Origin: Eledone cirrhosa
Lineage: Eukaryota
DNA length: 64,000 nt
Direction: 5' to 3'
Assembly: GCA_964016885.1 (NCBI GenBank)
Contig: OZ024742.1
Location: 168,578,001 to 168,642,000, forward strand
A program made the translations under genes and the position numbers. Of the stretch, positions 38,351 to 52,139 are shown piece by piece. The notes under the pieces are model-generated. The model ran no database searches, had not been told where the DNA came from, and saw only the letters and a program-made list of their open reading frames with translations. The number at the start of each line of letters is the position of its first letter. Position 1 is the first letter of the stretch.

Positions 38351-41300
38351 AATCATTAAAATCCCATTAAAAATACATTAAAGGCCCATTAAAAACGCCA
38401 TAAAAAATCCATTAAAAAAAATCCATTAAAAAAAAATTCAATCAAAAACCCATAAAAGAAACATTAAAACAGCATTTAAAAAACCCATTAAAAATTCATT
38501 AAAAAAATCCATTTAAAAAATCCATTAAAAATCCATTAAAAATCCATTAAAAATCCATTAAAAAAATCCATTAAAAAAAATCCATTAAAAAATCCATTAA
38601 AAATCCATTAAAAATCCATTAAAAAATCCATTTAAAAAACCCATTAAAAAATCCATTTAAAAAATCCATTTAAAAAATCCATTAAAAAAAATCCATTTAA
38701 AAAAACCCATTAAAAAAAATCCATTAAGAAAATCCATTTAAAAAATCCATTAAAAAAAATCCATTAAAAAAAATCCATAAAAAAAAATCCATTAAAAAAA
38801 AATCCGTTAAAAAAAATCCATTAAAAAAAAATCCGTTCAAAAAATCCATTAAAAGCTCAATCCCATTAAAAACGCCATAAAAATCATTAAAATCCAATTA
38901 AAGATACATTAAAGGCCCATTAAAAACGCCATAAAAAATCCATTAAAAAAATCCATTAAAAAAACTCAATCAAAAACCCATAAAAGAAACATTAAAACAG
39001 CATTTAAAAAATCCATTAAAAATCCATTAAAAAAATCCATTTAATAAAATCCATTAAAAAATCCATTAAAAATCCATTAAAAATCCATTAAAAATCCATT
39101 AAAAATCCATTAAAAATCCATTAAAAAACCCATTTAAAAAAATCCATTAAAAAAATCCATTAAAAAAATCCATTAAAAAAAGCCATTAAAAAAATCCATT
39201 TAAAAAAAGCCATTAAAAAAATCCATTAAAAAAAATCCATTAAAAATCCATTAAAAAAATCCATTTAAAAAAATCCATTAAAAACCCATTAAAAATCCAT
39301 TAAAAAATCCATTAAAAAACACATTAAAAAAAATCCATTAGAAAAATCCATTTAAAAAATCCATTAAAAAAAAATCCATTTAAAAAACCCATTAAAAAAA
39401 ATCCATTAAAAAAATCCATTTAAAAAATCCATTTAAAAAATCCATTAAAAAATCCATTTAAAAAATCCATAAAAAAAAACCATTAAAAAAAATCCATTAA
39501 AAAAAAATCCATTAAAAAAAATCCATTAAAAATCCATTAAAAAAAATCCATTTAAAAAAAATTCATTAAAAAATCCATTAAAAATCCATTAAAAATCCAT
39601 TAAAAATCCATTAAAAATCCATTAAAAATCCATTAAAAATCCATTTGAAAAACCCATTAAAAAAATCCATTTAAAAAACCCATTAAAAAAAGCCATTAAA
39701 AAATCCATTTAAAAAATCCATTAAAAAAAATCCATTTAAAACAACCCATTAAAAAAATCCATTAAAAAAAACCCATTAAAAAAAATCCATTAAAAAAATC
39801 CATTTAAAAAATCCATTAAAAAAAATCCATTAAAAAAAATCCATAAAAAAATCCATTAAAAAAATCCATTAAAAATCCATTAAAAAAAATCCATTTAAAA
39901 AAGCCATTAAAAAATCCATTAAAAATCCATTAAAAATCCATTTAAAAAACCCATTAAAAAAAATCCATTAAAAAAATCCATTTAAAAAATCCATAAAAAA
40001 AATCCATAAAAAAAATCCATTAAAAAAAATCCATTAAAAAAAAATTCAATCAAAAACCCATAAAAGAAACATTAAAACAGCATTTAAAAAACCCATTAAA
40101 AATTCATTAAAAAAATCCATTTAAAAAATCCATTAAAAATCCATTAAAAATCCATTAAAAATCCATTAAAAATCCATTAAAAATCCATTAAAAATAATCC
40201 ATTAAAAAAAAATTCAATCAAAAACCCATAAAAGAAACATTAAAACAGCATTTAAAAAATCCATTAAAAAAATCCATTTAAAAAAATCCATTAAAAAAGC
40301 CATTAAAAATCCATTAAAAATCCATTAAAAAAATCCATTAAAAAAAAATCCATTAAAAAAAATCCATTAAAAATCCATTAAAAAAATCCATTTAAAAAAA
40401 TCCATTAAAAATCCATTAAAAACCCATTAAAAATCCATTAAAAATCCATTAAAAATCCATTAAAAAATCCATTTAAAAAACCCATTAAAAAAATCCATTA
40501 AAAAATCCATTTAAAAATCCAGTAAAAAAAATCCATTTAAAAAAACCCATTAAAAAAAATCCATTAAAAAAATCCATTTAAAAAATCCATAAAAAAAAAT
40601 CCATAAAAAAAATCCATTAAAAAAAATCCATTAAAAAAAAAATCCGTTAAAAAAAATCCATTAAAAATCCATTAAAAATCCATTAAAAATCCATTAAAAA
40701 TCCATTAAAAATCCATTTAAAAAAATCCATTAAAAAAATCCATTAAAAAAATCCATTTAAAAAATCCATTAAAAAAAATCCATTAAAAAAAAATCCATTA
40801 AAAAAAATCCATTAAAAAAAATCAATTTAAAAAAATCCATTAAAAATCCATTAAAAAAATCCATTTAAAAAAATCCATTAAAAACCCATTAAAAATCCAT
40901 TAAAAATCCATTAAAAAATCCATTTAAAAAAACCATTAAAAAAAATCCATTAAAAAAATCCATTTAAAAAATCCATTAAAAAAAAATCCATTAAAAAAAA
41001 CCCATTAAAAAAAATCCATTAAAAAAATCCATTTAAAAAATCCATTAAAAAAAATCCATTAAAAAAAACTCAATCAAAAACCCATAAAAGAAACATTAAA
41101 ACAGCATTTAAAAAATCCATTAAAAATCCATTAAAAAAATCCATTTAAAAAATCCATTAAAAAATCCATTAAAAATCCATTAAAAATCCATTAAAAAATC
41201 CATTTAAAAAAATCCATTAAAAAAATCCATTTAAAAAATCCATTAAAAAATCCATTTAAAAAATCCATTAAAAAAAATCCATTAAAAAAAACCATTAAAA

Positions 41301-44300
41301 AATCCATTAAAAAAAATCCCATTAAAAATACATTAAAGGCCCATTAAAAACGCCATAAAAAATCCATTAAAAAAATCCATTAAAAAAAAACTCAATCAAA
41401 AACCCATAAAAGAAACATTAAAACAGCATTTAAAAAATCCATTAAAAAAATCCATTAAAAAAAATCCATTAAAAAATCCATTAAAAATCCATTAAAAATC
41501 CATTAAAAATCCATTAAAAATCCATTAAAAAATCCATTAAAAATCCATTAAAAATCCATTAAAAATCCATTAAAAAATCCATTTAAAAAAATCCATTAAA
41601 AAAATCCATTAAAAAATCCATTTAAAAAATCCATTTAAAAAAATCCATTAAAAAAAATCCATTAAAAAAAAATCCATTAAAAAAAATCCATTAAAAAAAA
41701 AATCCGTTAAAAAAAATCCATTAAAAACTCAATCAAACACCCAATTAAAAGGCCATAAAAGAAACATTAAAACAGCATTTAAAATACCATTAAAAACGCC
41801 ATAAAAATCATTAAAATCCAATTAAAGATACATTAAAGGCCCATTAAAAACGCCATAAAAAATCCATTAAAAATATCCATTAAAAAAACTCAATCAAAAA
41901 CCCATAAAAGAAACATTAAAACAGCATTTAAAAAACCCATTAAAAATTCATTAAAAAAATCCATTTAAAAAATCCATTAAAAATCCATTAAAAATCCATT
42001 AAAAATCCATTAAAAATCCATTAAAAATCCATTAAAAATCCATTAAAAATCCATTAAAAATAATCCATTAAAAAAAAATTCAATCAAAAACCCATAAAAG
42101 AAACATTAAAACAGCATTTAAAAAATCCATTAAAAAAATCCATTTAAAAAAATCCATTAAAAAAGCCATTAAAAATCCATTAAAAATCCATTAAAAAAAT
42201 CCATTAAAAAAAAATCCATTAAAAAAAATCCATTAAAAATCCATTAAAAAATCCATTTAAAAAAATCCATTAAAAATCCATTAAAAACCCATTAAAAATC
42301 CATTAAAAATCCATTAAAAATCCATTAAAAAATCCATTTAAAAAACCCATTAAAAAAATCCATTAAAAAATCCATTTAAAAATCCAGTAAAAAAAATCCA
42401 TTTAAAAAAACCCATTAAAAAAAATCCATTAAAAAAATCCATTTAAAAAATCCATAAAAAAAAATCCATAAAAAAAATCCATTAAAAAAAATCCATTAAA
42501 AAAAAAATCCGTTAAAAAAAATCCATTAAAAATCCATTAAAAATCCATTAAAAATCCATTAAAAATCCATTAAAAATCCATTTAAAAAAATCCATTAAAA
42601 AAATCCATTAAAAAAATCCATTTAAAAAATCCATTTAAAAAAATCCATTAAAAAAAAATCCATTAAAAAAAATCCATTAAAAAAAATCAATCTAAAAAAA
42701 TCCATTAAAAATCCATTAAAAAAATCCATTTAAAAAAATCCATTAAAAACCCATTAAAAATCCATTAAAAATCCATTAAAAAAATCCATTAAAAAAAAAT
42801 CCATTAAAAAAAATCCATTAAAAATCCATTAAAAAATCCATTTAAAAAAATCCATTAAAAATCCATTAAAAACCCATTAAAAATCCATTAAAAATCCATT
42901 AAAAATCCATTAAAAAATCCATTTAAAAAACCCATTAAAAAAATCCATTAAAAAATCCATTTAAAAATCCAGTAAAAAAAATCCATTTAAAAAAACCCAT
43001 TAAAAAAAATCCATTAAAAAAATCCATTTAAAAAATCCATAAAAAAAAATCCATAAAAAAAATCCATTAAAAAAAATCCATTAAAAAAAAAATCCGTTAA
43101 AAAAAATCCATTAAAAATCCATTAAAAATCCATTAAAAATCCATTAAAAATCCATTAAAAATCCATTTAAAAAAATCCATTAAAAAAATCCATTAAAAAA
43201 ATCCATTTAAAAAATCCATTAAAAAAAATCCATTAAAAAAAAATCCATTAAAAAAAATCCATTAAAAAAAATCAATTTAAAAAAATCCATTAAAAATCCA
43301 TTAAAAAAATCCATTTAAAAAAATCCATTAAAAACCCATTAAAAATCCATTAAAAATCCATTAAAAAATCCATTTAAAAAAACCATTAAAAAAAATCCAT
43401 TAAAAAAATCCATTTAAAAAATCCATTAAAAAAAAATCCATTAAAAAAACCCATTAAAAAAAATCCATTAAAAAAATCCATTTAAAAAATCCATTAAAAA
43501 AAATCCATTAAAAAAAACTCAATCAAAAACCCATAAAAGAAACATTAAAACAGCATTTAAAAAATCCATTAAAAATCCATTAAAAAAATCCATTTAAAAA
43601 ATCCATTAAAAAATCCATTAAAAATCCATTAAAAATCCATTAAAAAATCCATTTAAAAAAATCCATTAAAAAAATCCATTTAAAAAATCCATTAAAAAAT
43701 CCATTTAAAAAATCCATTAAAAAAAATCCATTAAAAAAAACCATTAAAAAATCCATTAAAAAAAATCCCATTAAAAATACATTAAAGGCCCATTAAAAAC
43801 GCCATAAAAAATCCATTAAAAAAATCCATTAAAAAAAAACTCAATCAAAAACCCATAAAAGAAACATTAAAACAGCATTTAAAAAATCCATTAAAAAAAT
43901 CCATTAAAAAAAATCCATTAAAAAATCCATTAAAAATCCATTAAAAATCCATTAAAAATCCATTAAAAATCCATTAAAAAATCCATTAAAAATCCATTAA
44001 AAATCCATTAAAAATCCATTAAAAAATCCATTTAAAAAAATCCATTAAAAAAATCCATTAAAAAATCCATTTAAAAAATCCATTTAAAAAAATCCATTAA
44101 AAAAAATCCATTAAAAAAAAATCCATTAAAAAAAATCCATTAAAAAAAAAATCCGTTAAAAAAAATCCATTAAAAACTCAATCAAACACCCAATTAAAAG
44201 GCCATAAAAGAAACATTAAAACAGCATTTAAAATACCATTAAAAACGCCATAAAAATCATTAAAATCCAATTAAAGATACATTAAAGGCCCATTAAAAAC

Positions 44301-46321
44301 GCCATAAAAAATCCATTAAAAATATCCATTAAAAAAACTCAATCAAAAACCCATAAAAGAAACATTAAAACAGCATTTAAAAAATCCATTAAAAATCCAT
44401 TAAAAAAATCCATTTAATAAAATCCATTAAAAATCCATTAAAAATCCATTAAAAATCCATTAAAAATCCATTAAAAATCCATTAAAAAACCCATTTAAAA
44501 AAATCCATTAAAAAAATCCATTAAAAAAATCCATTAAAAAAAGCCATTAAAAAAATCCATTTAAAAAAAGCCATTAAAAAAATCCATTAAAAAAAAATCC
44601 ATTAAAAATCCATTAAAAAAATCCATTTAAAAAAATCCATTAAAAACCCATTAAAAATCCATTAAAAAATCCATTAAAAAACCCATTAAAAAAAATCCAT
44701 TAGAAAAATCCATTTAAAAAATCCATTAAAAAAAAATCCATTTAAAAAACCCATTAAAAAAAATCCATTAAAAAAATCCATTTAAAAAATCCATTAAAAA
44801 AATCCATTTAAAAAATCCATAAAAAAAAACCATTAAAAAAAATCCATTAAAAAAAAATCCATTAAAAAAAATCCATTAAAAAAAATCCATTAAAAATCCA
44901 TTAAAAAAATCCATTTAAAAAAAATTCATTAAAAAATCCATTAAAAATCCATTAAAAATCCATTTAAAAAAATCCATTTAAAAAATCCATTTAAAAAACC
45001 CATTACAAAAAATACATTAAAAAAAATCCATAAAAAAAAAAGCCATTAAAAAAAATCCATTAAAAAAAATCTATTAAAAATCCATTAAAAATCCATTAAA
45101 AATCCATTAAAAATCCATTAAAAATCCATTAAAAATCCATTAAAAAGCCATTAAAAATCCATTAAAATCCATTAAAAATCCATTAAAAATCCATTAAAAA
45201 TCCATTAAAAATCCATTAAAAATCCATTAAAAAATCCATTTAAAAAAATCCATTAAAAAATCCATTAAAAAATCCATTTAAAAAATCCATTAAAAAAATC
45301 CATTAAAAAAAAATCCATTAAAAAAAAATCCATTAAAAAAAATCAATTTAAAAAAATCCATTAAAAATCCATTAAAAAAATCCATTTAAAAAAATCCATT
45401 AAAAACCCATTAAAAACCCATTAAAAATCCATTAAAAATCCATTTAAAAAACCCATTAAAAAAAATCCATTAAAAAAAAATCCATTTAAAAAATCCATTA
45501 AAAAAAATCCATTAAAAAAACCCATTAAAAAAATCCATTAAAAAAATCCATTTAAAAAATCCATTAAAAAAAATTCATTAAAAAAAAATCCATAAAAAAA
45601 TCCATTAAAAAAATCCATTTAAAAAAATCCATTAAAAAAAATCCATTAAAAATCCATTAAAAAAATCCATTAAAAAAAATCCATTAAAAAATCCATTAAA
45701 AAACCCATTAAAAATCCATTAAAAATCCATTAAAAATCCATTAAAAATCCATTTAAAAAACCCATTAAAAAAATCCATTTAAAAAACCCATTAAAAAAAG
45801 CCATTAAAAAATCCATTTAAAAAATCCATTAAAAAAAATCCATTTAAAACAACCCATTAAAAAAAATCCATTAAAAAAAAACCATTAAAAAAAATCCATT
45901 AAAAAAATCCATTTAAAAAATCCATTAAAAAAAATCCATTAAAAAAAATCCATAAAAAAATCCATTAAAAAAATCCATTAAAAATCCATTAAAAAAAATC
46001 CATTTAAAAAAGCCATTAAAAAATCCATTAAAAATCCATTAAAAATCCATTTAAAAAACCCATTAAAAAATCCATTAAAAAAATCCATTTAAAAAATCCA
46101 TTAAAAAAAATCCATTTAAAAAAACCCATTAAAAAAATCCATTAAAAAAATCCATTTAAAAAATCCATTAAAAAAAATCCATTAAAAAAATCCATTAAAA
46201 AAAAATCCGTTAAAAAAAATCCATTAAAAACTCAATCAAAAACCCAATTAAAAGGCCATAAAAGAAACATTAAAACAGCATTTAAAATACCATTAAAAAC
46301 GCCATAAAAAATCATTAAAAT

Positions 46322-46377
46322 TGTTTTTTATGAAATTTATAATATGGCTTTTAATGAATTTTTTAATGGGCTTTTAG
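46322..46377 (-). repeat. Inverted 56-bp segment, copy 13 (GAATT allele)
   Basis: Identical to copy 2. Confidence 0.95.
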
Positions 46378-47816
46378 AATCATTAAAATCCCATTAAAAA
46401 TACATTAAAGGCCCATTAAAAACGCCATAAAAAATCCATTAAAAAAATCCATTAAAAAAAAACTCAATCAAAAACACATAAAAGAAACATTAAAACAGCA
46501 TTTAAAAAATCCATTAAAAATCCATTAAAAAAAAATCCATTAAAAAAATCCATTAAAAATCCATTAAAAAAATCCATTTAAAAAAATCCATTAAAAAATC
46601 CATTAAAAACCCATTAAAAATCCATTAAAAATCCATTAAAAATCCATTAAAAAATCCATTTAAAAAACCCATTAAAAAAATCCATTAAAAAATCCATTTA
46701 AAAATCCATTAAAAAAAATCCATTTAAAAAAACCCATTAAAAAAAATCCATTAAAAAAATCCATTTAAAAAATCCATAAAAAAAAATCCATAAAAAAAAT
46801 CCATTAAAAAAAATCCATTAAAAAAAAAATCCGTTAAAAAAAATCCATTAAAAATCCATTAAAAATCCATTAAAAATCCATTAAAAATCCATTAAAAATC
46901 CATTAAAAATCCATTTAAAAAAATCCATTAAAAAAATCCATTAAAAAAATCCATTTAAAAAATCCATTAAAAAATATCCATTAAAAAAAAATCCATTAAA
47001 AAAAATCCATTAAAAAAAATCAATTTAAAAAAATCCATTAAAAATCCATTAAAAAAATCCATTTAAAAAAATCCATTAAAAACCCATTAAAAATCCATTA
47101 AAAATCCATTAAAAAATCCATTTAAAAAAACCATTAAAAAAAATCCATTAAAAAAATCCATTTAAAAAATCCATTAAAAAAAAATCCATTAAAAAAATCC
47201 ATTTAAAAAATCCATTAAAAAAAATCCATTAAAAAAAACTCAATCAAAAACCCATAAAAGAAACATTAAAACAGCATTTAAAAAATCCATTAAAAATCCA
47301 TTAAAAGAATCCATTTAAAAAATACATTAAAAAATCCATTAAAAATCCATTAAAAATCCATTAAAAAATCCATTTAAAAAAATCCATTAAAAAAATCCTT
47401 TAAAAAATCCATTAAAAAATCCATTTAAAAAATCCATTAAAAAAAATCCATTAAAAAAAACCATTAAAAAATCCATTAAAAAAAATCCCATTAAAAATAC
47501 ATTAAAAATCCATTAAAAATCCATTAAAAAATCCATTAAAAATCCATTAAAAATCCATTAAAAATCCATTAAAAAATCCATTAAAAAAAATCCATTAAAA
47601 AAATCCATTAAAAAATCCATTTAAAAAATCCATTTAAAAAAATCCATTAAAAAAAATCCATTAAAAAAAATCCATTAAAAAAAATCCATTAAAAAAAAAA
47701 TCCGTTAAAAAAAATCCATTAAAAACTCAATCAAACACCCAATTAAAAGGCCATAAAAGAAACATTAAAACAGCATTTAAAATACCATTAAAAACGCCAT
47801 AAAAAATCATTAAAAT

Positions 47817-47872
47817 TGTTTTTTATGAAATTTATAATATGGCTTTTAATGAACTTTTTAATGGGCTTTTAG
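47817..47872 (-). repeat. Inverted 56-bp segment, copy 14 (GAACT allele)
   Basis: Identical string and flanks to copy 1. Confidence 0.95.
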
Positions 47873-49030
47873 AATCATTAAAATCCCATTAAAAATACAT
47901 TAAAGGCCCATTAAAAACGCCATAAAAAATCCATTAAAAAAAATCCATTAAAAAAAAATTCAATCAAAAACCCATAAAAGAAACATTAAAACAGCATTTA
48001 AAAAACCCATTAAAAATTCATTAAAAAAATCCATTTAAAAAATCCATTAAAAATCCATTAAAAATCCATTAAAAATCCATTAAAAATCCATTAAAAATCC
48101 ATTAAAAAAAAATTCAATCAAAAACCCATAAAAGAAACATTAAAACAGCATTTAAAAAATCCATTAAAAAAATCCATTTAAAAAAATCCATTAAAAAAGC
48201 CATTAAAAATCCATTAAAAATCCATTAAAAAAATCCATTAAAAAAAAATCCATTAAAAAAAATCCATTAAAATCCATTAAAAAAATCCATTTAAAAAAAT
48301 CCATTAAAAATCCATTAAAAACCCATTAAAAATCCATTAAAAATCCATTAAAAATCCATTAAAAAATCCATTTAAAAAACCCATTAAAAAAATCCATTAA
48401 AAAATCCATTTAAAAATCCAGTAAAAAAATCCATTTAAAAAAACCCATTAAAAAAAATCCATTAAAAAAATCCATTTAAAAAATCCATAAAAAAAAATCC
48501 ATAAAAAAAATCCATTAAAAAAAATCCATTAAAAAAAAAATCCGTTAAAAAAAATCCATTAAAAATCCATTAAAAATCCATTAAAAATCCATTAAAAATC
48601 CATTAAAAATCCATTTAAAAAAATCCATTAAAAAAATCCATTAAAAAAATCCATTTAAAAAATCCATTAAAAAAAATCCATTAAAAAAAAATCCATTAAA
48701 AAAAATCCATTAAAAAAAATCAATTTAAAAAAATCCATTAAAAATCCATTAAAAAAATCCATTTAAAAAAATCCATTAAAAACCCATTAAAAATCCATTA
48801 AAAATCCATTAAAAAATCCATTTAAAAAAACCATTAAAAAAAATCCATTAAAAAAATCCATTTAAAAAATCCATTAAAAAAAAATCCATTAAAAAAAATC
48901 CATTAAAAAAAAAATCCGTTAAAAAAAATCCATTAAAAACTCAATCAAACACCCAATTAAAAGGCCATAAAAGAAACATTAAAACAGCATTTAAAATACC
49001 ATTAAAAACGCCATAAAAAATCATTAAAAT

Positions 49031-49086
49031 TGTTTTTTATGAAATTTATAATATGGCTTTTAATGAACTTTTTAATGGGCTTTTAG
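49031..49086 (-). repeat. Inverted 56-bp segment, copy 15 (GAACT allele)
   Basis: Identical string; the downstream cassette has a 13-bp deletion. Confidence 0.95.
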
Positions 49087-50298
49087 AATCATTAAAATCC
49101 CATTAAAAATACATTAAAGGCCATAAAAAATCCATTAAAAAAAATCCATTAAAAAAAAATTCAATCAAAAACCCATAAAAGAAACATTAAAACAGCATTT
49201 AAAAAACCCATTAAAAATTCATTAAAAAAATCCATTTAAAAAATCCATCAAAAACCCATAAAAGAAACATTAAAACAGCATTTAAAAAATCCATTAAAAA
49301 AAATCCATTAAAAAAAATCCATTAAAAAAGCCATTAAAAATCCATTAAAAATCCATTAAAAAAAAATCCATTAAAAAAATCCATTAAAAATCCATTAAAA
49401 AAATCCATTTAAAAAAATCCATTAAAAAATCCATTAAAAATCCATTAAAAATCCATTAAAAAATCCATTTAAAAAACCCATTAAAAAAATCCATTTAAAA
49501 AATCCATTTAAAAAATCCATTAAAAAAAATCCATTTAAAAAAACCCATTAAAAAAAATCCATTAAGAAAATCCATTTAAAAAATCCATTAAAAAAAATCC
49601 ATTAAAAAAAATCCATTAAAAAAAATCCATTAAAAAAAAATCCGTTAAAAAAAATCCATTAAAAAAAAATCCGTTAAAAAAATCCATTAAAAGCTCAATC
49701 CCATTAAAAACGCCATAAAAATCATTAAAATCCAATTAAAGATACATTAAAGGCCCATTAAAAACGCCATAAAAAATCCATTAAAAAAATCCATTAAAAA
49801 AACTCAATCAAAAACCCATAAAAGAAACATTAAAACAGCATTTAAAAAATCCATTAAAAATCCATTAAAAAAATCCATTTAATAAAATCCATTAAAAAAA
49901 AAATCCATTAAAAAAATCCATTTAAAAAATCCATTAAAAAAAATCCATTAAAAAATCCATTAAAAATCCATTAAAAATCCATTAAAAATCCATTAAAAAT
50001 CCATTAAAAAATCCATTAAAAATCAATTAAAAATCCATTAAAAATCCATTAAAAAATCCATTTAAAAAAATCCATTTAAAAAATCCATTAAAAAATCCAT
50101 TTAAAAAATCCATTAAAAAAAATCCATTAAAAAAAATCCATTAAAAAAAAATCCATTAAAAAAAATCCATTAAATTAAAAATCCGTTAAAAAAAATCCAT
50201 TAAAAACTCAATCAAACACCCAATTAAAAGGCCATAAAAGAAACATTAAAACAGCATTTAAAATACCATTAAAAACGCCATAAAAAAATCATTAAAAT

Positions 50299-50354
50299 TG
50301 TTTTTTATGAAATTTATAATATGGCTTTTAATGAACTTTTTAATGGGCTTTTAG
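50299..50354 (-). repeat. Inverted 56-bp segment, copy 16 (GAACT allele)
   Basis: Identical string and 12-bp flanks to copy 1. Confidence 0.95.
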
Positions 50355-51679
50355 AATCATTAAAATCCCATTAAAAATACATTAAAGGCCCATTAAAAAC
50401 GCCATAAAAAATCCATTAAAAAAAATCCATTAAAAAAAAATTCAATCAAAAACCCATAAAAGAAACATTAAAACAGCATTTAAAAAACCCATTAAAAATT
50501 CATTAAAAAAATCCATTTAAAAAATCCATTAAAAATCCATTAAAAATCCATTAAAAATCCATTAAAAATCCATTAAAAATCCATTAAAAATAATCCATTA
50601 AAAAAAAATTCAATCAAAAACCCATAAAAGAAACATTAAAACAGCATTTAAAAAATCCATTTAAAAAAATCCTTTTAAAAAAATACATTAAAAAAGCCAT
50701 TAAAAATCCATTAAAAATCCATTAAAAACCCATTAAAAATCCATTAAAAATCCATTAAAAAATCCATTTAAAAAACCCATTAAAAAAAATCCATTAAAAA
50801 AATCCATTTAAAAAATCCATAAAAAAAAATCCATTAAAAAAAACCCATTAAAAAAAATCCATTACAAAAATCCATTTAAAAAATCCATTAAAAAAAATCC
50901 ATTAAAAAAAATCCATTTAAAAAATCCATTAAAAAATCCATTTAAAAAATCCATTAAAAAAAATCCATTAAAAAAAACCATTAAAAAATCCATTCAAAAA
51001 ATCCCATTAAAAATACATTAAAGGCCCATTAAAAACGCCATAAAAAATCCATTAAAAAAATCCATTAAAAAAAAACTCAATCAAAAACCCATAAAAGAAA
51101 CATTAAAACAGCATTTAAAAAACCCATTAAAAATTCATTAAAAAAAATCCATTTAAAAAATCCATTAAAAAATCCATTAAAAATCCATTAAAAATCCATT
51201 AAAAATCCATTAAAAATCCATTAAAAAATCCATTAAAAAAAATCCATTAAAAAAATCCATTTAAAAAATCCATTAAAAAAAAAATCCATTAAAAAAATCC
51301 ATTTAAAAAATCCATTAAAAAAAATCCATTAAAAAATCCATTAAAAATCCATTAAAAATCCATTAAAAATCCATTAAAAATCCATTAAAAAATCCATTAA
51401 AAATCAATTAAAAATCCATTAAAAATCCATTAAAAAATCCATTTAAAAAAATCCATTTAAAAAATCCATTAAAAAATCCATTTAAAAAATCCATTAAAAA
51501 AAATCCATTAAAAAAAATCCATTAAAAAAAAATCCATTAAAAAAAATCCATTAAATTAAAAATCCGTTAAAAAAAATCCATTAAAAACTCAATCAAACAC
51601 CCAATTAAAAGGCCATAAAAGAAACATTAAAACAGCATTTAAAATACCATTAAAAACGCCATAAAAAAATCATTAAAAT

Positions 51680-51735
51680 TGTTTTTTATGAAATTTATAA
51701 TATGGCTTTTAATGAACTTTTTAATGGGCTTTTAG
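51680..51735 (-). repeat. Inverted 56-bp segment, copy 17 (GAACT allele)
   Basis: Identical string and 12-bp flanks to copy 1. Confidence 0.95.
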
Positions 51736-52139
51736 AATCATTAAAATCCCATTAAAAATACATTAAAGGCCCATTAAAAACGCCATAAAAAATCCATTAA
51801 AAAAAAATTCAATCAAAAACCCATAAAAGAAACATTAAAACAGCATTTACAAAACCCATTAAAAATTCATTAAAAAAATCCATTTAAAAAATCCATTAAA
51901 AATCCATTAAAAATCCATTAAAAATCCATTAAAAATCCATTAAAAATCCATTAAAAATAATCCATTAAAAAAAAATTCAATCAAAAACCCATAAAAGAAA
52001 CATTAAAACAGCATTTAAAAAATCCATTAAAAAAAATCCTTTTAAAAAAATACATTAAAAAAGCCATTAAAAATCCATTAAAAATCCATTAAAAATCCAT
52101 TAAAAAAATCCATTAAAAAAAAATCCATTAAAAAAAATC

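Larger units (their letters stand above)
28640..42775 (+). repeat. ~14 kb segmental duplication, copy B (copy A ~1020-15030)
   Basis: Same collinear private markers as copy A; boundaries approximate. Confidence 0.85.
42972..48420 (+). repeat. One complete ~5.45 kb higher-order repeat unit (CCAGT marker to CCAGT marker)
   Basis: The G of CCAGT lies at 42972 and 48421 (offset 5449). The marker order CCAGT, short cassettes, empty long cassette, GCC/GCC, TAGAAA, TTACAAA, TCTATT, ACAACCC, GAATT insert, AAGAAT, CCTTT, GAACT insert, TTCAATC is repeated from ~5795, ~24247 and ~33488. Confidence 0.8.
49890..52080 (+). repeat. Duplication of a ~0.8 kb block at 1381-bp offset (~49890-50720 and ~51270-52080)
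   Basis: TAAATTAAAAATCCGTT at 50171/51552, inserts at 50299/51680, and CCTTTTAAAAAAATACATT near 50671/52038. Confidence 0.85.
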
